From: Phoronis australis
Taxonomy: Eukaryota > Animalia > Phoronida
NCBI GenBank assembly: GCA_002633005.1
Contig: NMRA01000269.1
Coordinates: 124,001-188,000, forward strand
DNA length: 64,000 bases
Direction: 5' to 3'
Position numbers and translations under genes: made by a program. Below the pieces are notes generated by a model. That model was not told the DNA's origin. It ran no database searches and worked only from the letters and a program-made list of their open reading frames with translations. Positions 23,656-36,155 of the stretch are shown piece after piece; positions within the stretch are counted from its first letter, which is position 1, and every line of letters begins with the position of its first letter.

Positions 23656-26163
23656 CCCAGGAACTGTAACTTGTAAGCAATGGTTTAAAAATTGGAAAAT
23701 TGCGGTAGTCAAAATTAAGTTTTAACAGAATTGGACAATTCAGAGTCTGCAGCTTAAGTGAAAATGTTAGATTGTCAAAAATACTGATGTAATTTGATAT
23801 GCTGGCTTTAGTTTGAAAGTAGTTCCCTGCTTGGAGCAAAGGCCATCATTAGCTATGCATAGCAGGCCTCACTGGCTGATGCACCGTGGAGTTTCAATTA
23901 GATTGGTTCAGCTGATAAGGACTTAATGAGCCCCTAAGAGACTTCTCAGACCAGGCCCGAAATGATAAGAAATCAGACGAAATACTGTTTTTCCATCATG
24001 ACCCTAATTTTGTTAACAACAAAAATGACATGTAATTACAGAATGACTTAGCTACCTTTCTGACTTAATTCATGACGGAAGTCTACTTTGACAAAATTAA
24101 TGAAGTAAGCTTCCGCCCAGCTGTTATGACTGCACAATGCGAATCATTTTGTCTGTCAGTGAATACTTTTGGCTTGTAGTGTACGTCAGTCTTGGTAAAT
24201 TGAGAGAATCAAAATTCCTGTTTTGAACACTTCCTGCCCATTTTTGGTGGATATCACCAGTTATAAAAAACTTTGGAAATGAATTTTAAATCGTGTAATA
24301 AATGAGTTTTTGCTCAGCGTCAGTGAGTTGAGAAATGATTTTTCACTTGTAAAATATAGATTATTACGTGGCGAAGTCGTTATCCCCAGTTATCTAGAGC
24401 CCGAGTGGATTTTGGAGAATTATCGCCCGAGGGGTGTTAGCCCTGAGGGTGATAATTCTAGACAATGCTATAGATAAGGGGAATAACGACTCAGAACATG
24501 TAATAATCTATTTATACCACATACTGAACGAGAAGCATTGGTTGCATTTTCATAGACTGCAGTCGAGAGATTTTGTGCGGCATATATTCGACATGAAATG
24601 AGTGTGTAACCTGCTGTTGAATTGCGAGATAGATTTTGATTGGTACGGGTGGTTATTTATGAAGTATTAATGTAATCTTTATTTATGTTAAAGGTTTTGC
24701 CAGCGTTCTATTTATTTGTACACAAATGTGAATTTGTTGAAATCGCTGATCCAAATCCTGGCCAAATTTGCGCATTCTGCTGAGACCAACCGTCTGATCA
24801 GGGCCAGCGAAGAGTATAGTCCGGATACCTATCGTCGTCAGGCTCCAAAGGTCGTCCGCCATCTTGTTTCCCGTGCAGCGCAACCACGCGGGACTTAGCG
24901 TTCCAATTTGGAGTGCTCGTCTGCACGTTAGGTTCTAACCTCTCGGGAGAAACACGCATGGAAGAACTGAGACTAAAATTAGTGCATTTACCGACTGTTT
25001 TTTTGAGACCACNACCCAGGAACTGTAACTTGTAAGCAATGGTTTAAAAATTGGAAAATTGCGGTAGTCAAAATTAAGTTTTAACAGAAATGGACAATTC
25101 AGAGTCTGCAGCTTAAGTGAAAATGTTAAATTGTCAAAATACTGATGTAATTTGATATGCTGGCTTTAGTTTGAAAGTAGTTCCTTGCTTGCAGCAAAGG
25201 CCATCATTAGCTATGCATAGCAGGCCTCACTGGCTAATGCACCGTGAAGTTTCAATTAGATTGGTTCAGCTGATAAGGACTTAATGAGTCCCTAAAAGAA
25301 TTCTCAGACAGGCCCGAAATGATAAGAAATCAGACGAAATACTGTTTTTCCATCATGACCCCAATTTCGTTAACAACAAAAATGACTTGTAATTACAGAA
25401 TGGCTTAGCTACCTTTCTGACTTAATTCATGACGGAAGTCTACTCTGACAAAATTAATGAAGTAAGCTTCCGCCCAGCCTGCACAATGCGAATCATTTCG
25501 TCTGTCAGTGAATACTTTTGGCTTGTAGTGTACGTCAGTCTTGGTAAATGGAGATAATCAAAATTCCTGTTTTGAACACTTCCTGCCCATTTTTGGTGGA
25601 TATCACCAGTTATAAAAAACTTTGGAAATGAATTTTAAATCGTGTAATAAATGCGTTTTTGCTCAGCGTCAGTGAGTTGAGAAATGATTTTTCACTTGTA
25701 AAATATAGATTATTACATGGCGAAGTCGTCATCCCCAGTTATCTAGAGCCCGAGTGGATTTTGGAGAATTATCGCCCGAGGGGTGTTAGCCCCGAGGGTG
25801 ATAATTCTACACAATGCTATAGATAAGGGGAATAACGACTGAGAATATGTAATAATCTATTTATACCACATACTGAACAAGAAGCATTGGTTGCATTTTC
25901 ATAGACTGCAGTCGAGAGATTTTGTGCGGCATATATTCGACATGAAATGAGTGTGTAACCTGCTGTTGAATTGCGAGATAGATTTTGATTGGTACGGGTG
26001 GTTATTTGTGAAGTATTAATGTAATCTTTATTTATGTTAAAGGTTTTGCAGGCGTTCTATTTATCTGTACACAAATGTGAATTTGTTGAAATCGCTGATC
26101 CAGATCCTGGCCGAATGTGCGCATTCTGCTGAGACCAATCGTCAGATCAGGGCCAGCGAAGAG
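23656..26163 (+). repeat. direct duplication (23656-24813 vs 25014-26163) that includes a copy of filamin intron 11
   Basis: Near-identical copies; the second starts immediately after the N at 25013. 23966-24334 and 25323-25683 match intron 11 (10037-10395). Confidence 0.9.
25705..25860. mobile_element. palindromic MITE (other copy 24356-24511)
   Basis: TIR atagattattaca...gtcgt.atcccc / gggg.ataacgact...tgtaataatctat. Confidence 0.6.
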
Positions 26164-26359
26164 TAATTTGGTTAATTCGCTCACTAGGCTATGGCTGAAC
26201 GTCCTCGTAAGAACAAGAGTTTACGAGTCACTACCTTTGGAAGAAATTTAGAGGATAATTTTCGTCAGGTGTCGCCAGTGAACAATGACGTAAGGGCTTG
26301 TGCGTAGGCTCACAGATTTCGTCCATTGAAAGTATACGGTCCATGTACTATAGTCTATG
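25900..26359. mobile_element. non-autonomous element with CATAGAC ends, P-element-like; longer inverted relative at 56241-57025
   Basis: catagact ... agtctatg ends; the relative carries a decayed THAP domain. Confidence 0.5.
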
Positions 26360-26639
26360 CTCCCATTAGGAAATACATCCCCTGGTTGCCGCAGGCATAC
26401 TGGGGCTACGTGTTGCTTAGAGTCCTATAGGCTGATGATTGCCACGTGACATAGGGCTCCTTTGTTGTTCTCAGTAAAGTTATATTTCCTGCCGTCAGTA
26501 CTTCGCATTAACATCATTTAGGTTCGAGTTTAATCTCTCCATTTTTCGAGTTCTCCGATCCCACCTTCCTACGTTCACGGTAAGCGTGTTTTTATTCCTC
26601 CCTCAGTCATGCCAGTTCACTTCCTAGGGATCATCCTAC

Positions 26640-27229
26640 GTCCGCTGACTGGTGGGCCATTTTGCCCACAGCTGTACTCGGTCTCTCGACCTATTTAACC
26701 CGGCCGCGGGTTCGATCCCCGTCTTGTCCAGACCCACTTCTGGGGTCTCTCGGCCCGTGTGCCACTCTAGCCCCCGGGTCCTGATCCATTTACAATCTCC
26801 TCCCCCTGCGTCTCCTCCATTTAGCCCCGCTTCGTTTTCCTCCAAATCTGCGGTATCGACCTCGTGTCCTGCCACCTCACCCCTTCCAAATTGCCCTTTC
26901 CCTCTTATCTCTCGCCGAGCATATTCTTGCCACTTTCCCCTCCGTTCTCTCGTGTTATTGTCGGTCAAATTTTTCAACGCTTCCACGACCACAGGAGGTT
27001 CAATTCCCACTGTCGCTCCCTCAACACAGCCCTCCGCTCCCTCCTGCTCCATCACCCTACTATCTCCCTTTGGACCCTCCGTGGCGGCTTTTGGCACAGC
27101 CCCCGACCCATCTCTATCGTCGCAATGATGTCCATTTTAACGCCCGTGGGCTCCTCAAGCAGGCTCTCAGCGTTCGTTTCGCTTTTGGTTTCCACCTCCG
27201 TCGTGCTAGTAACCCCCTCCCCTTGACCC
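26640..27229 (+). pseudogene. decayed SGNH-hydrolase ORF of an Ngaro/DIRS-like retroelement
   Basis: Frameshifted VFLQICGIDL (approx. IGGNDL block), VIVGQIFQR, FNSHCRSLNTAL, and NDVHFNARG (approx. DGVHLN..G block). Confidence 0.55.
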
Positions 27230-27479
27230 NAACTTTACGCTTATTGTTATTCTTATTTAGTTGCAAATGTTCAGTTATTCTTATGCTAATGTCTTTGTTG
27301 CGTCTCAGTGCGCCTTTGTTACGTGGGCATGTGGGCGCGACTGTATGTGTCGGGCACTTCGCTAGCGACAGGCTTAGGAGAAGGGTGTTTCCTTCTTTTG
27401 CTTTCATGGAAAGTTGATCGTTATCATGTGCAAATTGAACTGAAACGAATGCCTGATGAGAGAAAATACATATTCTGAG

Positions 27480-27940
27480 GTTCTGTGGAGACTTGCTCTG
27501 TTACACTGGGAATTTCCGCAGAAAGGCTCACCCGATGAAATGCTCATACCCATGGGCATTTATTAGATATTAGTACTTCGGGTTTCAAGCGTTCAGACAT
27601 TGGGACGTTTATTTCGAAAATTGCAAGAGATGCAAATAGGTCCTGGGATTCTTCGTCAAGGTTTGAAGTAGTCCATGATGAACGGATCAAATTTAGTTGC
27701 GCATGGAAGTCTTTTGAATGGACTTGGCAACCTCAAGGGTCTTAGTGTCAACTGAGCTGCGAAACGATATGCTGACATTGTAGAGGCTTACAAGCTCATT
27801 GACACAGAAGTTGACGAAGTGCAAGCGTTGGGAACAAACATAGAAGATATCTGGGTAGAATGGTTCCAAGACGAGCAAATCATTGGATCCGATATACAAA
27901 TTCCTCGGCAGTCTAGACAACAGAAGGATAGGACTAACGT
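27480..27940 (+). mobile_element. hAT (PRKRIR/THAP12-like) transposase fragment
   Basis: GLGNLKGLSV..ADIVEAYKLIDTEVDEVQAL..NIEDIWVEWF...IPRQSRQQKDRTN; frameshifted. Confidence 0.7.
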
Positions 27941-27994
27941 ATGAGTAACCACTGGGGATTAAAATTTTAGAGAAAAGTTTTCAATTTTTTGCAT

Positions 27995-28320
27995 AGTACA
28001 CTTTAGGTCTCGCGACGGACCAGGCCAGCTTGATTTGTGTAGATGTTGAGTTTCAGTGTACTTCTGGTCTCTCTACGAACTAGTCTTGTGATTTTTTTAC
28101 CAAAGTGTGCTTTGTAAAACTATTTATCTCAGCCAGAACTGTTTGGTCCCGCGACAGATCGACTATTTTTACGGATAATAAGCACAGGTCAGTGTACTCT
28201 TGGTCTCGTGACGAACCAGGTCAGCTTTTTGTGTACTCTCAGTGTACATCTGGTCCCTCTGCAAACTAGTCCAGTGTATGTTTTCACCACTGTACACAGG
28301 ATGTTTTGGTTTCGTGAAAC
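27995..28320 (+). repeat. degenerate tandem repeat, ~50-80 bp units
   Basis: Recurrent tac....tggtc(t/c)cg.gacg.ac.ag motif. Confidence 0.6.
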
Positions 28321-28516
28321 TGTTTTCAGATGATTTGTTTCCTGATAGATTTGACGTTTTTCAATTGTTGTCAACGTGATTCAGCTTAATAAAGTGATAC
28401 CTAATTATTTATTGTCGCTTTTAATAATAGACTGTGAGTTGAGAGCACCATCGTTTGCCAGTTTTTCTCGTAACGAGACAGAACACATGTTTATTTCCGG
28501 ACTAACAGTACTGGCG

Positions 28517-28666
28517 TGCGTTCAGTTTACGCTAGGACCTACGCTAGGACCTAGCTAAAATCTAGTCAAAGTCACGTGTTCTCGTTTGAAATACACGGCA
28601 ATATCTCACGTAATTTCGCGAAGTCTTGCTTTTTAGCGAGGTCCTAGCGTTACTGAACGGGAGGCA
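28517..28666. mobile_element. small TIR MITE
   Basis: cgttcagtttacgctaggacct / aggtcctagcgttactgaacg inverted repeats. Confidence 0.65.
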
Positions 28667-29287
28667 GGTCTTCGTTCTTAAACAACTTGAGGCTGCTGTT
28701 ACGCGATCATCTGATGTTCAAGTTTTTACGCCCCGTCGGTGCTTATTAATTATGCTCTTGAATATTTGGAAATTGTCTAAACCCCTGTATACACACCACA
28801 CTTTTTCGTATACGACTTTTCGTATGCCAAAAAAGGTGTGTGTAAGCAGATGTTCCAACAAAAATTTTTGCTGGTGGCGTGACTCATACCCAGATGTGCA
28901 CAATATGGTTTCACGAAACTTATGTGCCAAGTTCATGTGACGAAATCGAGAACGGTTTTTAATTATCTTAAGAAAAACTCCAAAGACATGTTAAGTGACA
29001 GAAACTTACCAGGATGCATGGAAATTTCACTATTTGGCTACAAAAACAAAAAATATCTTACACGGGAGGGGAAACCCCCTCCCGACCTCCCCCCGCTCGG
29101 CGCCACGCGCCTAGGATTCGACCTTGGCGGGAATCCTAAACCCCCCTTGCTGAAAACGTAGATCCGCCACTGCAACCCATGATGTCACATGTGAAAATGG
29201 GCAAAATTGAAAGAGAAATCAAAATTTCGAGCTAATGACACAAAATAATCAAGGATTTGGCTAAATTTAACGTCATACATTTAGTCT

Positions 29288-32200
29288 GTGGCCACCGGTT
29301 ATTCGAAATGGGCAAAAATCCATGGTGTGTACTGTTTAATGTTCGATGGTGATCCTGAGCGATATGTACTGAGGGAAGTCAAATTCATAGGACATTTGAG
29401 GCTTCAAAAGCTTGATTATATTATAACCAAACCTGAAGCTGAGGCTGCCGCCATTGACGGTTTTGAAACCAAGAATCAGGATGTTTTTGTGGAGTTGGTG
29501 CAATATTTGGAAGCCTGCCCCTAGTAATACACGATGCCAAAGACAATGGCAGGAAGTCAATCAAGATTCTGAGAGGAGAGAACATCTCGGCAGAGCAAGC
29601 CGATGGTAATATCACTATATACAGAATTGACATCATTGAAATTGAATGCTGGCACCTCAGTCACAGATTATGTTATTCACGCTGAGACAGATGAGAATCA
29701 ACTGAAAGCAGCTGGAGAGACAATAAGTGACAGTCTGCTCACTGCTATGATTATTAAAGGGCTGCCGTCCGAATTTAAAACCTTCTCTACAGTCATGACT
29801 CAGAAAGAGGTACCTCCGTCATTCGCCGAGTTTAAAGCGGCCTTGAGAAGCTTGGAAGAAGCTGAGAAATACCAGTTTGCAACTGCTACTGATACAACTG
29901 AAAAAGTAATGAAGACCACAATTCAAGGACGTCCCAAGCATAAAGAAAAGGACAACAAGAATGTCAAGTGCTACACATGTCACCGAACTGGTCACAAATC
30001 GTATGAGTGTAAAAATCGGTGGTGCGACGTATGTAAAAAATGGAACTCAATGGACCCAATTCTGTCGCAAGAAAACCATGGAACATTCGGCAAAATCAGC
30101 TGCGGACAATGCTGAACAGTGAAAATGACACCGACAATCGTGTATTTGTTTTTAAAGTATCATTGGACTCCGACAGGTCAGTCTCAAAGTTAGGCAGCTT
30201 ACTTGTTGATTGTGGTGCGACCGGTCGAAATTCACTGAACTTGAAGGTACATTCAAGCCAAAAAAACATTGCATTGAACTTGCAGATGGCACAAAATCAT
30301 GGGGTATAGTGTTAGTCAGAGATAGTGCCAAAGTGTCACTTACTGAATACAAATGGCCATAAGCATGGTGTATTATTAGACAAAGCATTATATGTCCCAT
30401 CCTACAAACAGGACATATTTTCAGTGCAAGCAGCCACCGAGAAAGGGGCATCAGTTATGTTCACCCGCAATAATGCAGTACTAGAGACCCAAGATGGTTC
30501 CACTCAGTTTAACATTGAGAAGCAGGGTAAATTGTATTAACGTAATAGTAATGCCGTCACACAGAATAGTACACACTCTGTTGGTGTATGACACAAGATT
30601 ATGGGCCACTGTAACGTGAAAGATATTAGGAAACTGGAGGGTGTAGTAGAGGGAATGAAAATCACAAACAAAGATGCTCATGTTGATTGGGAGCCATGTG
30701 TGTTAGGTAAAATGACACAATTTAGAAATCATGCTGCCGATGAGAAAGCCAGTGCACCTCTAGAGCTAGTTCATTGTGATCTTGCCGGTCCTATTCAGCC
30801 TGTAGCTAGAGATGGCTTTCGGTATGCCATATCATTTGTCGATGATTTCTCAGGTACGACCATGATATATTTCCTGAAGGCAAAATCCGATTCTGCCAGG
30901 GCTTTTAAACATTTCCTAGCTGACTTAGCGCCATATGGTAAAGTTCAGAAACTCCGGACTGATAACGGCACATAACTTACATGCAGTGAGTTTCAGTCAA
31001 TCATGTTAGAACATAGTATCAAACATGAAATGTCATCGCCTTACTCTCCCCATCAAAATGGAACTGTTGAGAGAGGGTAGCGTACACTTTTTGAGATGGC
31101 CAGGTGTCTGTTGTTAGATGCTGGCATGTCCAAAACCATGTGGACATATGCTGTCATGTGTGCAGCTTATATTCGTAACCGCTGATACAACCACATATTA
31201 GGTAAGACACCTAACGAAGCCATGCCTGGTCGTAAGCCAAACATTAGCAACATGCATATTTTTGGTTCCACATGTTACTCATATGAACAACATAGGCATA
31301 GTAAACTTGACGCCAAGAGCACAAAGGGGTTGTTTCTAGGCTATGACAAGCATAGTCCAGCGTAACTGGTATATTATCCTGTCAAAATGCAGTACGCAAA
31401 TGTAGGATAGTAAAGTTCACTGATGACTAAGTGGCAGATTTACCTGATGTAGAATCAGATGTGAGAGAAGTGCAATCTGATTTTGATTCAGATGGCGACT
31501 CAGTACCAACAACTGACCATAATGGTACACAAACCACAGAGGGTATGAACCAAAATGAGATGGTTGATGAACCAGAAAACCCTAGATACCCCAAGAGAGT
31601 GAATGTCCAACCACCAAAATACCTAGAGGATTATGATACTACCAGTTGCACTATAGACTATTGTTATAAGGCATTTCAATACCCGGTTAGTTACAAGGAA
31701 GCTATTTCTTCCCCAGAAGCTGAGATATGGTTGGGGGCAATGCATGAAGAAATGGATTCTCTTAAAGAGAATGACACATTTTCTCTGACCGCGTTACCTG
31801 CGAGTAAGAATCTAGTTGGGGGGCGCTGAGTATACGTCGTGAAAGAGAACTCAGATGGCTCTAAGAAATTCAAAGCCAGATATGTAGCCCAGGGCTACAG
31901 CCTGGTAAATGGCATTGATTATCAGGAGACCTTCTCCCCTACTCCAAATCTCACTTCAGTTCTTATGCTGATGCAAACTGCTGCTCAAAAGAATCTAGGA
32001 TTGCATCAAATAGATGTAGTGACTGCGTATCTTAACGCTCCCATAGGTTGTGAGCTGTATTTGAAACAGGCGGAAGGGTTTGAAGTAGAAAGTAAAGTGG
32101 CAAACCATTGGTGTACAAATTGAATAAGTCTTTGTACGGTCTAAAGCAGTCAGGACGAAACTGGAACACGATGTTCCATGACCATTTATCCGAGAACGGA

Positions 32201-33506
32201 TTCAGACAGAGTTCTGCTGATAATTGTGTCTATACTAGGCAGTTGAAGGCGACTTAATCATTCTACTAGTTTGGGTAGATGATTTAATCATTGCAAGTGG
32301 CAGTGATATTCTTGTGAATGAAGCTAAAGACATGCTTAAGGCGAAATTTCATATGAAAGATCTGGGAAAGCTAAGTTAATTCCTGGGAATAGATTTTAGA
32401 CGGGGACTCAGTGGTCCAGATGAACCAGGAAAGGTATCTGTCTAAGTTACTTGAACATTTCGGGATGCAGGATTGCAGTCCCAAGAATACTCCTAGTGAG
32501 CAAAAGCTACTTTTTCCCGAGACATATGAGTCAAATAAGATTGATTCAAGGCAATACGTACAGGGAACTAGTGGGTAGCTTAATTTATGGCATGGTCTGT
32601 ACTCGACCTGACATCTGTTGGATTGTCACAATATCATGCCAATCCTAACCAGGGACACTGGGAGGCAGCTAAACAGGTACTCAGATATCTAAAAGGGTCT
32701 ATTGGGATTGGACTGACTTTTAGAAAACACAGTGAGGGTCTGAATTTAACAGGTTATTCAGATGCTGATTGGGCGTCATCACAGGATAGAAAAAGTACCT
32801 CTGGATACTGTTTTGTTTTGTCAGCCTAAGGTCCAGTAATATCGTCGAAGAGTAGGAAACAGGCAACTGTATCTATTTCGTCTTGTGAGGCTGAGTATGT
32901 CTCAATGAGTGCAGCTGTGCAGGAATGTAGGTTTCTGATTCAATTACTACAAGATGTTGCTCCGTGCTTCAGATGCTTATCAGTTACTATCGATGGTGAT
33001 AACCAGAGTGCATTAGCTTTAGCTACGAATCCTGTCAAGCACCAAAGAACCAAACACATTGATGTTAAGCATCACTTCATTATGGATGCAATTAAGGATG
33101 GTTTGGTGAATGTTACTTATTTGTCAACTTCAGAGATGATACCAGATGTATTCACTAAGCCTGTATCTATTGTCAAACTCGGAACATTTCAGAATGTTTT
33201 ATTAGGTGTTTAAAGATTCGTGGCATGGCACTCAAACTCGTGTAAATAAGCACACTGTTAGCTTATTAGATTCCTATTCATCTCATGTATACTACTAGTC
33301 ATTCAGTGGGGGAATATTTTTTTTGGCGCATACAGGTGTAGTTTTGTAAACCAAAGATAATTTTTGGTGTTCTCGAAATTTTACTTAGGTTTAAGTGGGG
33401 GTGTTGAGTTGTGTCCGTCATGTGGCGCCATCTGTTGTTCACTATTTTAGTTGAATGTATGCTCTTTTGTTTTGGAGAAAAATAAATAGAACACTTCCTG
33501 TCAACC
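29288..33506 (+). mobile_element. degenerate Ty1/copia LTR retrotransposon; 5' LTR not seen
   Basis: Copia domain order: gag with zinc knuckle CYTCHRTGHKSYEC, protease LVDCGAT, pre-integrase MGHCN..PCVLGK, integrase LELVHCDL..RTDNG, RT FKARYVAQG / VWVDDLII, RNase H GYSDADWAS. Many stops and frameshifts. Confidence 0.95.
33402..33506 (+). repeat. probable short 3' LTR of the copia element
   Basis: PPT aagtggggg directly followed by TGTTG; internal AATAAA; ends tcaacc (degenerate CAACA). Confidence 0.6.
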
Positions 33507-33559
33507 CATGAGGGGTGATGTATTCACTTGTCGTTACTAGCAAATAAATCCACAGAAAA

Positions 33560-33780
33560 TCCGAACATAATGGCCTCATCCTCAACACACCCCACCTTTG
33601 TAAATACGCCCAAACCATCTTTACCTTCATTTCCATCTTCAGTTTTCACGACACCATGTATTACGACCAGCAGTTCCGCAAACTCCGCGCCGGATCCGTT
33701 CCCACGCCCCTTGGCACTCCATCAATCAAGAGCTGTGGGTTCAGACCTCGTCAGGTCCTACCAATCCCCGTACCCCTCAG
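33560..33780 (+). pseudogene. gag fragment of a DIRS/Ngaro-type retroelement
   Basis: HLCKYAQTI...YYDQQFRKLRA, frameshift, then PWHSINQELW (YD..FR...W....ELW motif). Confidence 0.6.
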
Positions 33781-34732
33781 ACCACCTCTCCTCATCGCAC
33801 CCCCGGCTACTGCTGGCCCTAAAACTCACACACCTGCCCTAAGCCCTCCCATCCCTCACCAGGTGTCATTATTAGCTGCCTTTTTGGTCATCCCCCTCAG
33901 GTGTCAGTATTGCCTGCACCTTTTCTTCTCACTTCGCTGCCTCATCATTCCCTTCCTCACATCCCTCCCCAATCCCCTCATACTGGCATTAGTATTGCCG
34001 GCATCTCTTTTTTATTTCCTCATGTCATGTCTAGGATAATTTCTTCTTAGCTTTTCTTTTGTTGTATATACCTGTTTCTCTTAACCATTTTTCGTGTATA
34101 TTGTTTTTTTACATGTTTCCGTGGATGTTTTTAGTTCCCCCACGTTGTACCAAGTTTGTACTCATTTTGGCTTACTGCCTCTGTTATCGTTCTCATTTTA
34201 TCCTCTGCTCTCAGTCATCTGTTAGCCAACTTTTATTACTTCTCTCCGTTCCTGTTAGTCATTTTGTATTACTTCGTCAGTATTATTAGGTTTAGTTTCT
34301 TTTCTCGGTTTCTTTATCCTGTTATTTTGTTTATATTGTCACCTTAGGTACTTCAGCTTCTGTTAGTCGCTCGTTTTTCATACCATGTGTACATTCTCTT
34401 ATGTTTTGGGCTTAGCCCTGTGTAACCTCTGTAATATTTTCACTTCTTTATGTGGTTCCTTTACGGTGTCCTTATATACCTCTTTCATTATCTTACTTAT
34501 AGTAATTTCATTTTACTCCGTGGATCTTTTTTCCTATTTACCAATTTGCCACCTTGTCTCATTGTTTTGTTCAGTCTTCCATGTATTACTTTTGTATTTT
34601 TAGCCTTACCATTCATTACCGCAACGACACCAGGGTGAGTTCACACCAGGCAGCTGTTGCAGCACTTGGGTAAACGTACCTCCCCCTCCAGCTTTGGCCC
34701 CTGGAGTTAGGGTTGGGTATCCGGCTGGCAGC

Positions 34733-35405
34733 CTCATAATAAATGACCTTATATCGCCTATACACGGTCGCCTTTTTATCTCTGGAAACAGAGCTTGCGA
34801 CGCACCTATTATTTTCTGGACATATTTCGAACATAAATGATATTTCACTCGTTAAATATATTTATGTGAGAATATGGACTTGTCCCACTTATACCCCATC
34901 TTTCGGTCTGGTCCACTAATCCTCTGTGTAGATTCGCATGCGGTCCTTCTGCACACGAGGCGCCAGGACATTCCATTTCCAGCCGCACTATTGGTTCGTT
35001 TGTGTCATGTGCCACGAGTTTGGTCAGCTCCTGGCTCCCATAGGCTGATGATTGTTACGTGTCATACATAGGGCTCCTTTGTTCTCAGTAAAGTTATATT
35101 ACCTGCCATCAGTACTTCACTTTAGCAACACTTAGGTTCGAGTTTAATCTCTCTTCAAGTTTTTCCCACCCTCTATCACGCTCTCCTTTCGGTTGTTCCT
35201 CTTACCTGATTGCTGGAGCTTTTTATTGCCCATCTTTCCTGACATTATTATTTTATCCTTGTGTTATCTGTACACTCATATTTCTGTACCTTATCAGTCA
35301 TAATAAATGACCTTATATCGCCTATACACGGTCTTCTTTTTATCTCTGGAAACAGAGCTTGCGACACACCTATTATTTTCGAGACATATTTCGACCATAA
35401 AGTCT
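34733..35405 (+). repeat. split direct repeat end (B1-A2-B2) of an Ngaro-like element
   Basis: B box tcataataaatgaccttatatcgcctatacacggtc at 34735 and 35298; A box ataggctgatgattg...cagtaaagttatatt at 35040, also at 26427. Confidence 0.55.
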
Positions 35406-35630
35406 CTTATTTTAAGTACACTGTAAAAATTGGCTTTGTTGAAGTCACATGTTTGTGGTTTTGATCCACTTGAGAACATTAATATTAATTAAGAGGACTG
35501 TCAGCTATGGAAATGTTTTCATAAGAAAAAAAATCTAGGCCTGTTTATGACAAAAAATTGAATGTAATGTCCTGAATTGGAGAATTCTACCAGTTATTTG
35601 TAGTATAACCTTCACTGTTTCCCTTGACAG

Positions 35631-35885
35631 GAAGTCCTTTCCATCCGCAAGTCATTGACACACGTCGCGTTGCTGCGGTGGGCGGCTGGCATAGCGTGAT
35701 GGACACTGAGAACAGAGTTCACCTAGTGAATAACGAAACTAACACGATCATGATTGACACGACTTCTTCTGGACCAGGCAAGCTGGAGATCACGGTTACT
35801 GGACCTGCTGGGAAAACGATACCGGCCAGCGTCCATCAGCAGGATGACGGACAACCGGTGATCACATTCACACCTGTAGAGATAG
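35631..35885 (+). pseudogene. duplicate filamin exon E12' (copy A)
   Basis: 255 nt, open frame, AG/GT intact; flanking intron 11/12 homology spans 35418-36090. Confidence 0.92.
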
Positions 35886-36155
35886 GTAAAGTCACGTTTT
35901 TACAATTCAGTTTTTCATCTGTGCAGCATGACACTATCTTTTCGTTGTTGCACAACGACACTGTTCTCAGTGTCTCCAGTGGGAGCTGCAATTGTTCGAG
36001 AGCTCACATTGTTTTAGCCAATTAGTTGATATTAAGCAGAGCACTTATTCATGCAAATTTTCGGTTCCAGTTATTTGAATGAGGGTTAGGAATCCTGTTG
36101 CCGGTTGCATGAAACAGTCCCAAATAAGGACTCAACGATGTTCCCTAAAGCTATA

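Noticed and set aside
26690-26725. cgcgggttcgatccccg resembles a tRNA T-loop/B-box
   Set aside because: No cloverleaf or A-box upstream; lies within the SGNH remnant
26636-27128. 158-aa Pro/Ser-rich ORF and 153-aa Gly/Glu-rich antisense ORF
   Set aside because: Off-frame readings of a C-rich decayed retroelement ORF
34040-34640. Hydrophobic, membrane-protein-like ORFs
   Set aside because: T-rich low-complexity spacer gives Phe/Leu/Ile runs in all frames
34905-35405. A/B repeat before E12' as a duplicated intron 8
   Set aside because: The true intron 8 copy (46990-47059) shares an internal deletion with the gene that this copy lacks, so it is an independent insertion of the same family
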